51,357 nucleotides of DNA from Halocafeteria seosinensis (GCA_001687465.1 LVLI01000583.1:1-51357); one strand, 5' to 3'. Positions 1-13,654 are shown, numbered from the stretch's first letter. The notes: generated by a model from the letters alone, not told the origin. A program made the numbers and translations.

Positions 1-1931
1 GAGCAAGCTACACGAATTGACTTATACGTGCAAGAGGAAACTAACAACAATATCCTCCCAATCCTATTAAGCAATGAACTGCTAGCTAGCCATGCGGAGG
101 TCCCATGGGATGTGACGGAAACGGATACTGAAGTTCGGGTCTGCGTCAATGCTTTGAAGTCACTCGTTTATGCTGCCTCTCTCATAGTGGAACAGCGGGC
201 CTGTAGCTGTCAGACACGGGCGTCAGCTGCTACCTAAGTGTAGCGGCTAACATCCAGCTGCCGGTGGGCCATCACACCTTCGTCGTTGTCTCAGGCACAC
301 TCCAGGTCCACGGCGCGTGGCATACGTAGTGTTTCCAAATGATCGCACTCCACTTATTGGATCAAGTCAAAACTGCGCGACATGAAAAGCGGACTGCCTT
401 CCTTGAGACTTCGGACACTTTAGGATTGACGTACCTACGAATAACATGGAATGAGCTCGGGACTCTACGGACGAGGTTAGACAGGTTCTTTTGTGGATTC
501 AATTACCCCGGGAAAGTGAGCGAAACTCATAGCAAATCATTGTTTTTATAGGCTCCATCGACTGAATTTGTGAGCCTCTTCGATGGTGTATGTGGTGGTA
601 CGGGTCGTTCTGGAAAGAGGGATGAGTACAATTCTCTTACGGCAATTTTCCATTGAAGATATGTGAACCAGTGGCGTCAGCCACGGGGTCGGTACTATCT
701 CTGGATACGAAAGACTCCCGGAGAGGCTAGCGATTTGCAAGGACTTGGGTGGGTGGGAACCCGTTGACGAAGTGCGATACTCCCGCCACCCGAGGAAAAG
801 CTGCATTTGTCTCGTCAATTTGAGGAAGCAAGCCGGCAAACGAATGGCAGAGGATGTCTACTAGGATTTGCCCCTTATCCTTAGATCCTACTGACCTTCT
901 TTGCCATGTTGCGGCATTTATAGTTTCGTTTTCGCGTGCGAACACAAAAAATCTTACTAAATTGAGCACAGGCGGAGCGAATCACATGACGATGAAATGG
1001 ATCGCAACGAACACACTCAGCGCGACCAATTCGAGTAGTCAAAGGGGCACGGTACCCCATGGTACACATGCACGTGTTTGCCTCATACCTTGGCTTCATG
1101 GATCCAGGCGGATCACATGTTAGTGATGTCACATACACTAGGCCCCTCTCAGAACCAGAAAGACGAAGCAGAGATGGTCCTATATGTGGATTTTCACCAC
1201 ATTTGTATTGAGGAGCTTACGGTTTCAGGAGATCAAACTTTTTCTCAAACAGCCTAGCTGTGGGTGTCAGACCGAAGAGGTTCAGAACCGTTCAGTTCGC
1301 TGGCTCTTCCCTACCCACCAGGCGATTCAACGTCGTTTCTGCCCTTGATTCGCTGAGTAGCTTAACGGAAGTGATGTCCTTAGTCGGATAACCGGAGTTC
1401 GATGGGCTAATTCCCCTCCACTAACCAGCGTCTCCGGACTAGCAACTAAACAGGCGCAGAACATAGCACTCGGATACCGCCCTCTGTTCCATCGAATGCT
1501 TGGGCTCCACTCTCCGGCAGTATACCCTTATCCATCGTATTCCTGCTTAGGGGTAGTGAGCTGAAAATGATAGTGTAGGTTGACTAATCTGAGCTGGGGT
1601 GAAACCATGGGAAACCAAATGCCTGAACACGTTGTCGAGCGACCGAGGACGCAATCCTCAGAACAGCTGATACCCATAGACTCTATACGTAGGATGGATT
1701 GGAAAAGTGCACACAAGAGATATGGATGCAATGAGGTTAGCATCTATTTATTTCTTATGTCTACGGACCGAAGTATCTGAACAGTTGTACAAGGAGTGAG
1801 TGACTCGCACAAACCGGTATACTGTTCAGCGAGGTCTTTCCGGAAACACGCTATTGTTGCAATTGACAACTCCGGGTAATCCCGGGATCAAGATCAGGAG
1901 ACGCTTATGAGTATTTTCGCTTGCACGGAGG

Positions 1932-3021
1932 TTGCTCTTTGTCTATGGGGTTTCTTGGGCTGATCACTGTTCTTTTGATATGTTCGAATCAAATGGATGT
2001 CCAGATGACTGGGTGAGCCAAATGTTCCAACAGATGCCAAGGGGAAGAATGGTTAACCAACAGTTTTCCGGCAAAAGAGAGAAGGCGTTTTCGCTCCAAA
2101 AACATGCAGAGATTCTGCCTCCTGTTTCTCTACACTGTTGTCCATATATTCCAGGTGACAACAGGAGCTGCTTGAAGGACGGCATTCCCAGGAATCTTGG
2201 TCGAACTGTACGCCCACTCCAGCCTTCTATGACTTTTCATTTGTGCAATCCACAGAACTTGCGTAAAAGAATACGTTCGGAGTCATCTCAGGATACACCG
2301 TTTGCGGAAGACCAAGCCTCAGAGTGGCATCAGGATTTGTCACCTACTATGATGCCCAGGACAAGGATGAGCAAGGCTCGAATGGAAGCAGAAAAGTTAT
2401 CTCATTGCTTCAGCTTCTGCGCACCCCCCGCCTCTTATGTACAGAGTCAAAAGCGTACGTGGAAGCGTGTACTCTCAATTCGAGTCAACAGTGTTTCGTG
2501 TGTGACTCCTGCATTTATTCTGTGCAGAGACACAAACTACATTGCAGCATGAGTTATACCAACGCTCGGTGCTTAAAGGTGATTATACTAGCAAAGTAAA
2601 CTAGCCCAGCTCTGACATCACCTGACTCCGTGTTGCAGAGTGGATGATGCAGCATTGGGCCTTTCCATACCCCGGTCCCGGGGCGCTGGAGAAGCTGGTA
2701 GCAGAAACTCGCCTCACCACAACACAATTGGAAAACTGGGTAAGTTGCGTTGATACGTCAGATACTTCTTCATAACAATACCAAAACGTGTGCTTATCGA
2801 ACACGTTACAGTTCCGAAATGAGCGACGAAGGCACTGGAGACCCTACATGGCCGAGTACTACCCTGACGCGCTGGAGTTCGCTGAAGAAATCCGTGGAAC
2901 CCGTCAAGACGGTGGTATCCCCTCCTTGCCTCGTACTAGCCTAGACTTGTACGTAGAGGCTGCAAGTATTGCATCTACCCGTTGGAAACAGTATCCGGAA
3001 TGGAGCCAAGCCAATTTGTAG
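1932..3021 (+). CDS. TALE-class (Homeobox_KN) homeodomain transcription factor, spliced; 5' end uncertain
   Basis: Exons ..2454 / 2528-2578 / 2639-2739 / 2812-3021 are joined by GT-AG introns 2455-2527, 2579-2638 and 2740-2811. The frame stays open and gives LYQRSVLKEWMMQHWAFPYPGPGALEKLVAETRLTTTQLENW|FRNERRRHWRP: W19, H23, three extra residues, PYP and a WFxNxRRR helix 3. The upstream exon is the frame of ORF 1932-2552; the true start may lie further 5'. Confidence 0.88.
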
Positions 3022-4580
3022 CATGCAACCCTCGTTTACCGCGTACAGCTGTCGAGCTACACACAACATAGAATGGGTTCCGATTTTGGTATAGTGCATG
3101 TTTGTTCAGTTGATTGCATGTTTTACGACGATTTATTTTGTCAGCAAAATATACAAATCGAGTTGTGACGAACCGCTGGTCCATGAATGAGGAGCGTGCG
3201 GTGCGGGTCCGATGAGATCAGACTAGAATCGAAGTGTTTCGAGAAACCTACCTTGCGTACGTATGTCGACACTCAAATGCAACGTACGTTCTGGTACACA
3301 AAGTTTAGAGTTTTTTCATGCTGGGGAAACCCCGCGATGCTGGAGCTTACTTCTCTGTTCGAACGGAGCTGGTTTCCGGTGGCGGTTTCCACCCCTGACC
3401 ATCGATATCCGTGATATCCGTCCTACCCCGGGTAAACCTACTTGCACTGCTCTCAGTTTGTGCTCACCCTTACACAGCTATTTAGCAGTGTTAGCAACTT
3501 AGCACCCGCTCCACTGATTGAAAAATCTCAGACGCGCTGCGGCGCTGGTCTCCATTGACAATTTTCACGTGCCGCTCGGAGCTCGAAGTTCTTGGGACCG
3601 ACATACATATAAAATAGGAAAATGAACGGGAATACACTACTTTGGAAAACTGCAAGCCACTCCCGCAGAGTATGCAATTGAATCAGCCGTCGGTCTTACG
3701 TCCAACCGTAGCGCGTGATCTCCGCGGAGTGGGCCGAGTTTTGGCTGGCCTCGGCGGTTGAAGACTCGGTGAAAGCGAGCGAGCGACAGCTTGCGGACTC
3801 ATCGTGCTGTCTTCAGTTCAATTGGATACCAATGGATTGCGAAAACGTGCTCTTATTGAACTAAGAATCTTTCGCCTATGGAGTGCAAGACCGACGAAGC
3901 GACGGTACATTTATGATTTCCATGCTGGGAGGGGAGTGTTCTTTCTGCAGGGCAAGCGTGTTCTGCCACTCTGTTGTCCGGCAGTAAAGCCAGCAGTACA
4001 AGAAATTGTATGTGTGCACTTCATTCCTGACATGCTGGTGGTGGACGGGAACGCCTCCCTATGTAGCACATGTATTGCTGTCGCCCATCGCTATATCCAT
4101 GAGACGGCGAAATAATTCAGCGCATACCGGTACTCTAAAAAGCTAGTAAAACCCAAAACGGGCCGTCGCCAAGTCGTCGACTTGAAGTCGATCATCGATG
4201 CTTGTCACAGCCCCCCAGGGATACGATAAGAATATGAAGATGGATATCCCCCAATGTGGAGAACGTACTTATGCATTTGGTGGAAGCTTACACCAAGCCT
4301 TTGTGACAGTGACTCTTCCGAACAGAAGTGGGCGTCTGCCGCGGAGGTAAAGATGCGAGGCAGAACGACCGACCAGTCTACTTCTTGTGAGCAAATTTGT
4401 GACTCCACATCCAGTTCTAGCGAACGCGGTATGTCAAGTAGTGAAACATGATAGGCTTCTCTAACAGAACATGTTTTGGGCTTGCAGCGCTCGCACTGTC
4501 TTCTGTACCGACCTCTCAGGACCCTCCTTCTAAAGGGCGGATACCAGCCACACCAACGGTAAGGTCCCTAAGTTGGGAAA

Positions 4581-5813
4581 GTGGAAGATATCCTGTACTC
4601 AGCGTATTATCAGAGCATGCAGAGCTCTATTTCTCTGTATAATCCCAACACTAGGAGGAATCGAGGCTCCGCTGAGGAGAGAAGGAAAAGGGTATGCGAC
4701 GAATATTGCACTTTACTGCGGACGGTCTGTCTACACAAGCTACCAAATCGTTCATGTCTACTTCTAGCACAGAGCTTGAACCCACGGCCTCATTGCTATC
4801 ATTCAAAAGAGCACGGCCGTCATAGACCGTATATTGAGAGGTCTGCTGAAAGTTTACAAGGAAGTGAAACACAAGAAAGTTCCCGAGCCAAGGGAAAATC
4901 CGGCATTTTGAACAAGCTCTGTTGTACTGGGATAGACTTCGTTAGCGAACCGGAGACACCAAAGCAGATATCCTACAAGAAAGTCGTTCCCCAGCACCGC
5001 GGGAACCGTGCACGTCGGAGCACGAACCAACGTCACCTGGTAAGACTACTGCTGGCTATGGTGTCTGTCAACCTCATTTTGTGACTAGCAGCACCCCCTC
5101 CCGCAGACGGCATCTGCCATAGAGGAGAAGAAATTTTGCCTTGTTTTGGACCTTGATGAAACACTAATCCATGCTACGTTCCAGGTATGGACGATACTAC
5201 TATTGGAAGCATGATCACCGACGCGTTTCGATCATATAATGAAGGAATGCTTTGTTTTGGTGTTTTCAGGAGATGCAAGCCCCAGATTTCGTGGTTGATG
5301 TCCCTTGCGCGAATTCAACATTTAGGATTAATGTCAAAAAGAGACCATATCTTGACGAGTTCCTGGGGGCAATGGTACGTGTTGCTCGCTTATTTTGGAA
5401 ATGTCCGAAATGCTCGTGAGCTTGTACATGTAGTATTGTGCTTGCAGTCGCAAAACTTTGAGATCGGTATTTTTACCGCTGCTGTACAATCCTATGCCGA
5501 GGAAGCAATACATAAGCTTGGCAGTACTGCTGTCAATTGGAAGCTATACAGAAGTTCATGCACAATTCGTTCTGACCAGGTGGTCAAAGACTTGAGAACC
5601 CTTAAACGTGACCTAAGCCGGACTATCATTATAGATGATAACTCCAACAGCTTCTTGTTACAACCTGAGAATGGCGTTCAATGTGCCTCGTATACTGGTG
5701 AACCTGACGACACAGAGCTCCTGAAGTTGAAGGAGCTACTAGACAGTATCCCTGATGATGTTGACGATATCAGAACCTTTCTGGCAGAACGCAATTCTTC
5801 CGACCCAAATTAA
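4581..5813 (+). CDS. SCP/CTDSP-like (NIF/FCP1-homology, HAD) phosphatase, copy 1; start uncertain
   Basis: Spliced (introns ~5040-5088, 5185-5269, 5375-5447): CLVLDLDETLIH, KKRPYLDEFL, FEIGIFTA, VKDLRTLKRDLSRTIIIDDNS. Confidence 0.9.
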
Positions 5814-7597
5814 AGTTAAAGGAGAAAAAATTTCGCCTCTGCTAAAGCAAAGAAATTGACTTCCATAGTCGGATGCCGACTCCCAGTATAATGCGAAGAA
5901 GAATGCGATACATTGTGGATCCGTGATAATTCGTGTTTACGTATCTGTCTTAATCTCATTACGACTCAACTCGGTGATACACGTGGCAAAGTTTTCCAGG
6001 TTTTCGACGAACACGAGTACAAACACTTCAGAAACGATATGACTGTTGAACCCTGTCCTACTTACATGTGGCACTAGGGGCCCTGTCCCCAATGGCGGGT
6101 GATACCCGGTACAGTAACTGATCAGTGAACTAAAAAGCAGTACACAGCGTAGATTCAGCTGATTATGATATGCTACAGTCGAGAGCAGCGCGTTAGCTGC
6201 CGTTATGATGCATCCGCAGTACTTACCATATGTAGGTGGTGTACGACCACTAGGTAAATGGAAAGGTGTGGCGTAACCCAATACCCTAACTCTGCTGTTC
6301 GAGCTCTTTCGATGGCTTTTTAGCACTCCCATCAATTATGGTTTTACGACTTTGCTTCCTTCTCAGCGAAATTCGCATCGCCAGGCTGTTGTCGGCAACA
6401 CTGCATCATCAGTTTCGTTTCCCGCTCTTGGAGCCAGTGTTCTGAAGCAGCTGTTCTGCGGCTGCTTTAGCCAAGGAGAAACAATGCATGACTGTGGCTT
6501 ACAAAGATTTTGCCACCAAGGACAGTAGTGCTCACTGTCTATTGGTACGGTACAATTCTCCGTACATTTACTTGCGTACAACCTGCGGTAGCTGCTGTCG
6601 ACAGTAGCGGGTTTCGTGCCCTTGAAGGTACAATTGTAGTGTTCGTCGGCATATCTACCATGTGGTATTTGGAGGAAATCTTTTGCATCCACCAGTAGCT
6701 CTTGTATTGCTCAGCTATGGCCCACTTGAGCTGCCATACCGTACTTACGTCACATCGTATTACCGTAGGATTGAAGCATGCTGAGCATCGCGCAGATGGT
6801 GAGTTGTCGCTTCGGGAGGAACCAAGAGCACACGTGTGAGCAAAAAAGATGGGTGGATTGAAACCAAGTTCTGAGACGAATCCCACTCCCTTGAGTCTAT
6901 ACACCGAGAGAGATGCCTACAATTTAGTATGCAACCATATCAGCTATAGTATCCCTGGTCTGCTTCGTCTGATTCGGTGTTCGTCGAATGTTCTTTCTAT
7001 CACCCTGGTTTGAAGGCTTGGAGATTTCATTACACGTCATACACGTGGGAATTTGCACGAGTGAAATATATCGGCAACCAATAAACCCGAGTATTTTTTA
7101 GTCAATCGCATACCTTAAGCTTCAATTTGTATATTTGGTCGACCTACATCGCTGATGCGAAATCCCCATAAAGGATGCCTACGAATAGCACGCAACGTGG
7201 AGAATGCACGAATACAGTTTCTGAGAGCGTGAGCATGGAGCGGGTAGATTACGACTCCAAACAGCAGACGGAGATCCGAGAACTACGGAGGGAGACTGGA
7301 CCATCTACTGGTCGTGAGGCATTTTACACTCCTTCCGACAATGATGAAAACGGTAGGTGGCATTGAAAATATTTGCTTTTTGTCATTGAACATTCTCGGG
7401 TGTGTTCATAATTCGCAGAACTGTATTCTGTCCGCACCGGTCTCGATCCGGTTGCCAGCACTCAGATTCCGACTATTCTTCACGTTGAACAACATTCTAA
7501 GCAAAAGAGGTTTACTAAGAGTACACAGAGCTCCATTTTTCAGCATAACTCTAACTTCAGCAGAAACCGAGGGCCTTCTCGCGTCCGGAGGAAAAAG

Positions 7598-8669
7598 GTG
7601 TGCTGTGTAACATGGCCGCTCCGTGAGTCACGCGCCAAGAACTACCATATACGTGTACTTCTGGTGCAGAGTTCGCGACATCAAGGTTACTTTATAAGAG
7701 AGAAAGAATATCAGCGACATGAAGTTCAGAAATCTACGGAGGGATCATTGCAGAAGAGTGGAACTCACGGAACCTCGAAAGCATTCGGTTCTTTGAAGAA
7801 GCTGTGTTGTGCTTGCACTAGCGTCGACTTTGTCAGCGAACCGGAAATCCGCCAAATGGCGTCGCATAAGCAGGTGGCTCCCGAAAACTATTGGTATCGC
7901 GTGGTTCATGGACGCCACAATGTAAGAAAACCTGTGGGATCTTAATGGTGCGCAGCTGTTGTAGTTCACTACTGTATGCATTTGCTGCAGCGTACCGCAC
8001 AATCACAAAAGAAACCTTGCCTAGTTTTGGACCTTGACGAGACTTTAGTGCATGCTACATTCGAGGTACGGAGGAAACTGTGCTACAGTGTGGTGTGCTT
8101 GTAGCCTGGATTCTTCTTGCCTGGTCAGAAAATGGAGTGTCCGGATTTCGTAGTTGATGTTCCCTACGCGAGTCAGAATTGGAGGATTAGTGTCAAAAAG
8201 AGACCGCATGTGGATGAGTTCCTAGAGGCAATGGTATGCTAATGCTCAAATATTCTTTAGAGGTTCAAAATGTAGCGTTTGTAGTACCCTGGTGAAGTTC
8301 TTGCAGTCGGAAAAATTTGAAATTGGTATCTTTACCGCAGCTTTAAAAGCATATGCTAAGGAAACAATCAATAAGCTTGGCAGAAATGCAGTCAGTTGGG
8401 CTCTATATAGAAGCTCGTGTACTTATTACTCTAATCAGGTGGTCAAAGACTTGAGGATACTCAACCGCGACATCCGTCGGACTGTAATTGTCGACGATAA
8501 CTCCTATAGGTTCTTGCTCCAACCAAGTAATGGGATTCAATGCTCCTCGTTCAATGGCGAAAATGGTGATACAGAGCTTCTCAACCTAAAGGAGCTACTG
8601 CAAGCGGTCCCCGATAATGTGGAGGACGTTCGGCCATTTCTGGAAGAATGGAGTCCTACAAAAAACTGA
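7598..8669 (+). CDS. SCP/CTDSP-like phosphatase, copy 2; start uncertain
   Basis: Introns 7922-7990, 8066-8128 and 8233-8306 sit at the same positions as in copy 1. CLVLDLDETLVH, KKRPHVDEFL, FEIGIFTA, TVIVDDNS. Confidence 0.9.
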
Positions 8670-9900
8670 ATAAAGTTGACATTAGGCAATGGCAAGTGAA
8701 TGGCTGAGGGAGCTCTAAGTATGTTGACGTGGGCCAGAGTGAAAATACTTCGTAAAGGTAGTGCACTGAACAGTAAGGTCCTGGTGTTAAAGCGCCACCC
8801 GGCCTCACGGTCTGACCCACACCCATGGTTTAACACCGCTCCAGCCATGAATACCCATGGAATGGATGGGAGTATAGTGGGGGATTTTACTCAGACGCTA
8901 TACTGTATACAGGATCTTATTCTATGTTGGAATGTCTTGTTGGGCAGTGAGTCATCAAGAAAGAACACCGGAGTTGGGACGCGACTCTGAAGACTCCAGC
9001 GGTTCGTCATGTCGATTATTGTTGTATCCATTGTGGCGAACGTGTAAAGTGACCATTTGGGACTTATTTGTGGTAAAGATCGCTTATTTCGAGGAGGAGG
9101 GCTGAGCTTCATTTGTGGTGTATGCGTGCGGCAGCCACTGCACTGCGGCACACCGGCTCTGGCGGGCTGAACTGGTTTCCTGGAAGGTTTTTCTTGACGC
9201 GGTCCATTGACTATGCCTTAATAGTCACCTTAATTTGTTGAAAAAATCCACAAAATGGCTATATATACTGGATAGAAAAGATTTCATTGTTTCGGTTTAC
9301 CAATGGCTCTGCTGAAAGGAGCCATAAACGGCCCTCATCGTGGCTGCTCTTGCAGATTCATCTTGAGGTGTAGTCGCATTTAAATGTATATGAGCTAGCA
9401 GATGCAAATGACAGTGAGTAGCGCTCATCGTGCTGAATTCACGCACGCAATGCCTACTCTCGCCTGGTCGGACGACGAATCCTCCGATGATGGCTTACCG
9501 TACGTTCCAAAGCCCGGGATTCAGAGTTCGAAGGGAAACCAACTTGCGCTGAACATCGGGGCGAGTACTTCAAAGAGTATTGATTCAAGACCGAAACTTA
9601 AAATTAAACGATTCTAGGCTATGCTAGCGTCTAATTGTGGTGGAAAGTACATCTTTGACCACTCGTATTGCAGGTTCGGCAACAATACCCACCCCTTGTC
9701 AGTTGAGGGATAGCTGGAATCAAGAGCGACGCGTAAGGGTACAAGTGGATATGCTAATTTGCTATTAGTTCTTATCATCACAGTTATGTTGTGTGACAGA
9801 GTCGGAGCTATAGTAGTGGCATACCAACATTTAACAGAAGCCGCCTTCGCAGAAAGACCGAGGTACATCTGGTAGTTTCAGAGTCTGGTTAAGCATTTCA

Positions 9901-10921
9901 GTGGTATCCGTTTGTTGGAACCTTCAGCCTACTGAATCCGTGCAATCGGAGGACAGCGAAGGGAAGGTGGCGAACAAGTCATCGAAGAGGAAGCTTCCAT
10001 TATTGAAGAGCCTCTTTTGTCGAGGGGAAGATGTCGTTAAGGATTCGGAGAAGCACGAAAGAGAGTCAATGAGAGGATCGGTCCCTAACTGTACTCCCAG
10101 CAGAAGACGTCCCAATTTGCTTGTCAGCCCTGCCCCATCGTTACATAAAAGAAGCAATGTAAGCAACTCGTGTATCGCCCGACGAATTATCGGCGAGAAC
10201 AGTTTCTTATCTAGAATCGTCCGTGCAGTACCGGCTTCCACGACTACAGCCCGATATTCCCGACAAACAAGAAAATAGGTTGTGCCTAGTCCTAGATCTT
10301 GATCAAACTTTACTGCATGGTTCTTTTAGCGTAAGCTTCGATGGGCGCATTTTCACCGTATTCGGTCTAGGAGGCCCATAATGCTTTGGAATGCAGGAGC
10401 TAGAGAACGCCGACTTCATAGTAAACGTTGACCACGTGGACTGGAATTGTAAAATTAGTGTATGGAAAAGACCTTACGTTAATGAGTTCTTGGAAGCCAT
10501 AGTAAGAACGAGTGCCTCTTTGTTATGGCGATGTGCCACATCCGACTGTTCGATGCAGGGGAAAAAGTTTGAAATAGGGATTTTCACATCCGCTCTGAAG
10601 GAATATGCCCAAGAAGCGGTGAACCAGTTAGACAAAAATCGAAGGGTAAGCTGGATTCTATGTCGAGACTCGTGCAGCCGATACAACTCTACACTAATAA
10701 AAGACTTACGGCTTCTCAATCGTGACCTTCATCGAACGATTATCATTGATGATGACCCCTCTTGCTTTTCGCTACATCCTGAAAATGGAGTTCGATGTTC
10801 CCCGTTTGTGGGGGAGGCAAATGACACTGAGCTCCGACGCTTACAGTCGTTCTTGGAGACCATCCCTGAAGACGTGCAAGATGCAAGGGTTTGGTTGCCA
10901 GCTTGGACCTCTTCGGGATAG
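9901..10921 (+). CDS. SCP/CTDSP-like phosphatase, copy 3 (divergent, DLDQT); start uncertain
   Basis: Introns 10159-10228, 10331-10396 and 10502-10558. CLVLDLDQTLLH, WKRPYVNEFL, FEIGIFTS, TIIIDDDP. Confidence 0.88.
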
Positions 10922-12530
10922 TATCAAGTGTGCATATTCCGGCTGTTGTATATGACTCTGTTGAGTAAGACAAGACAATTAATTGTTTTCCGTGCAAGAC
11001 CAAGCATCTTCACTACAGATGAGAAAATTTGAATGCTATTGTAACTTGAGACTCTGAGAGCATTGGGAGGCACATGTGTATATTCTCTGAGGACTATAAT
11101 CCTTCGACATGTCCCTATTGTTTGGGTGCGCATCTATCCAGTTGCCATAGTATGAGCGGGTGTCTTTGATAGCTACTGTTTCCTCCTGCTTCACTATGGC
11201 AAGGGGTCATGTCATCGTCACGAGACTGGCGCACTGTGCTGTCTGTGTCTAACACATGTCTCTATCCAAGCACAGACTGGGCAAGAATCCACTTGATTCC
11301 TTGAAAGTGGTATTAAACCGTTGCTCACAACATTGGTGCCACCATTCCAGATATTGTTGACACTCATACTGTACATGCTCATAGTACACCGTCGTTGTGT
11401 TCCCTTGGATCTTCAGGTGCATCGGTAGCTGCAGAAAGAGCGATCGCCATCCGCTACAGTCTTTAGCGGACTCCCAACAGATGTGTGCTTGACGACGGCG
11501 TCATCTGCGTACAGCGGATTTAACCAAGCATCTGCAAGACTAGCTGCACGTGCGAACTCCGCATGAGGTCTCCGCCAGGCACCGAAACCTGGGCAGCAGA
11601 AACCACTTCAAGTCAATCCTCATGGGTTGGAATCTACTAACTCCGTTCGTTTGTGTACTTACGTTTCCTTGGGATAATAAGCAACGAAGCGAGATAGAGT
11701 CTTTAGGTCTCGTACTGCTAGTTTGTCTGTGTGTATTTGTATTGCTCCTACCGGAAGACGTGCAGTCTACAGGCTACGCTTGCGTCGCTGGCGGTGTTCT
11801 TCATGTCCGTAAGAACGGCTGCCCGGTGATGCGGCATCCGTACTACGTTCCACAGGGTAGCAGTACAATAAAGTTGTAATAGCGAGAAACAAAACCCTAT
11901 AGTTTACAGGAATAACTTTGATGGTTCTGTCTCTCCTGCGACCACTCTATACTTGTCTAAGCAGGCAGCACTTAAGAAGACACTGATTCCAGGAGCCGGT
12001 TCAAACTTGGTATGATTGTTCATTCGGCCCTGAGGCCATACTGTTTTAGAAAAGGACAATCAAAATTTCTAATGGATAACACGCGGTGTATTAAATACAC
12101 GAATGGCACTTCTAAAAGCGTTCGTCTAGGCTGCACAGAAGATGATTCCTCCGAACCTGACAGGCTGACAAGAGCGGAGATGAAGGAACCAACACCAAGA
12201 GCCGAAGAATCGAGGACTAAACCAATTAATACGAGCTATGAACCTACCACTATCCCCGTACGAAGGTGTAAGGTTGAAAGTGGTTGATAGCATGGAAATA
12301 GAACAACTGCGGGAATGGTTTTGGTTTCCTTGCAGCTCTGACCTCTGGCCGGACGTGTCAAGATCCGACTCCAACTGGTAGGGCAGCGACCGCACCGAAA
12401 GTAAGGTCACTAAACCTGGGCGATATTCATGGTCATAAAGTATATTAGTATAGTTACAGAATTCCATTCCTCGGAGCAATCGAAGCATTAGGCAAGAAAG
12501 CGGGAGGTCTGCAAATCGGAAGGGGAAGGT

Positions 12531-13654
12531 ATGTGGCGAGTCGCTGGCGACCCGCCGCACTGCCAGGCTGTTCAACGTGCTTTTTCGTCTCTACAGCTTC
12601 AACAGACAGCGCGTGCGCGACCCCAGCGATATATCACAGAAGAAGATAATCATTTCAGAGAGCATGAACATCGTCAGTCAAACATTGAGACATCCATTGG
12701 AGTCTCACCAAGCGAAACTGAAACCCGCGAGAGCCCCAGATGCAAAAGGGCATACACCATTTTCAGGACTTTGTTCTGCATTGACGTCAATCTCATTAAG
12801 GAAGTGGAAGCCCCAAAGCGGAATCCACACAAGAAGGTGGTTCCTCATCCTCGGTTACATGCTCGTGAGAGTGGGAAAAACAATGTAAGATATCACGTGC
12901 AGCTTTGGCCTACCGTATATTTAAACTAGCCGCTCAAAACTAAGGCCAAGCTTGCAGCTACAAACAACTTCTGTCAAAAATGAAAAGAATATTTGCCTCG
13001 TTTTGGACCTTGATGAGACACTAGTGCATGCTACATTCGAGGTAAGGAACTGCCCAATTTGTACCGTTATCAATGGGTTCAATAAGATACCTTTTCATGA
13101 TGAATTTCGTCCCATACACAGGAAATAGAGCACCCGGATTTCGTGGTCCATGTCGTTTACGCCAACAAAACATGGAGGATTAATGTCAAAAAGCGACCGT
13201 ATGTGGATGAGTTCCTGGAGGCGATGGTAAGCAGAGTCTGTCAATCTCTAAGACATTCTGCTTTAAATTGCGTACCATTGTGCTCCAGTCACAAAAATTT
13301 GAAATTGGGGTTTTTACTGCTGCTTTACGTACCTATGCTCAGAAGACGATAAATGAGCTGGGCGGCAATACCGTTAGCTGGGCTCTTTACAGAAACTCGT
13401 GCACCAACTACTCAAATCAGGTGGTCAAGGACTTGAAAATTCTTAACCGTGACGTCCGCCGGACTATTATAATAGATGATAACTCCCATAGATTCTTGTT
13501 CCAACCAGAGAATGGAATTCAATGCTCGTCGTTCACAGGTGAGCCTAATGATACAGAGCTCTTACAGTTGAGAGAGCTACTGGAAAATGTTCCCGAGGAT
13601 GTGGCAGACGTTAGACAGTATCTGGAGATGTGGACTCCTACGGCGGCGAGATGA
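12531..13654 (+). CDS. SCP/CTDSP-like phosphatase, copy 4; start uncertain
   Basis: Introns ~12885-12957, 13042-13121 and 13227-13288. CLVLDLDETLVH, KKRPYVDEFL, FEIGVFTA, TIIIDDNS. Confidence 0.9.

Noticed and set aside
1..1931. Short ORFs and possible splice signals upstream of the homeobox exons
   Set aside because: No recognisable domain and no consistent exon chain could be built. Some may be 5' exons of the TALE gene, but that is unsupported.
5937..6904. Several 60-130 aa ORFs between phosphatase copies 1 and 2
   Set aside because: They overlap on both strands, carry no motif and have no counterpart in the other spacers.
8537..9151. Two in-frame minus-strand ORFs separated by one stop
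   Set aside because: No protein-family signal, and partly antisense to copy 2. Probably chance.
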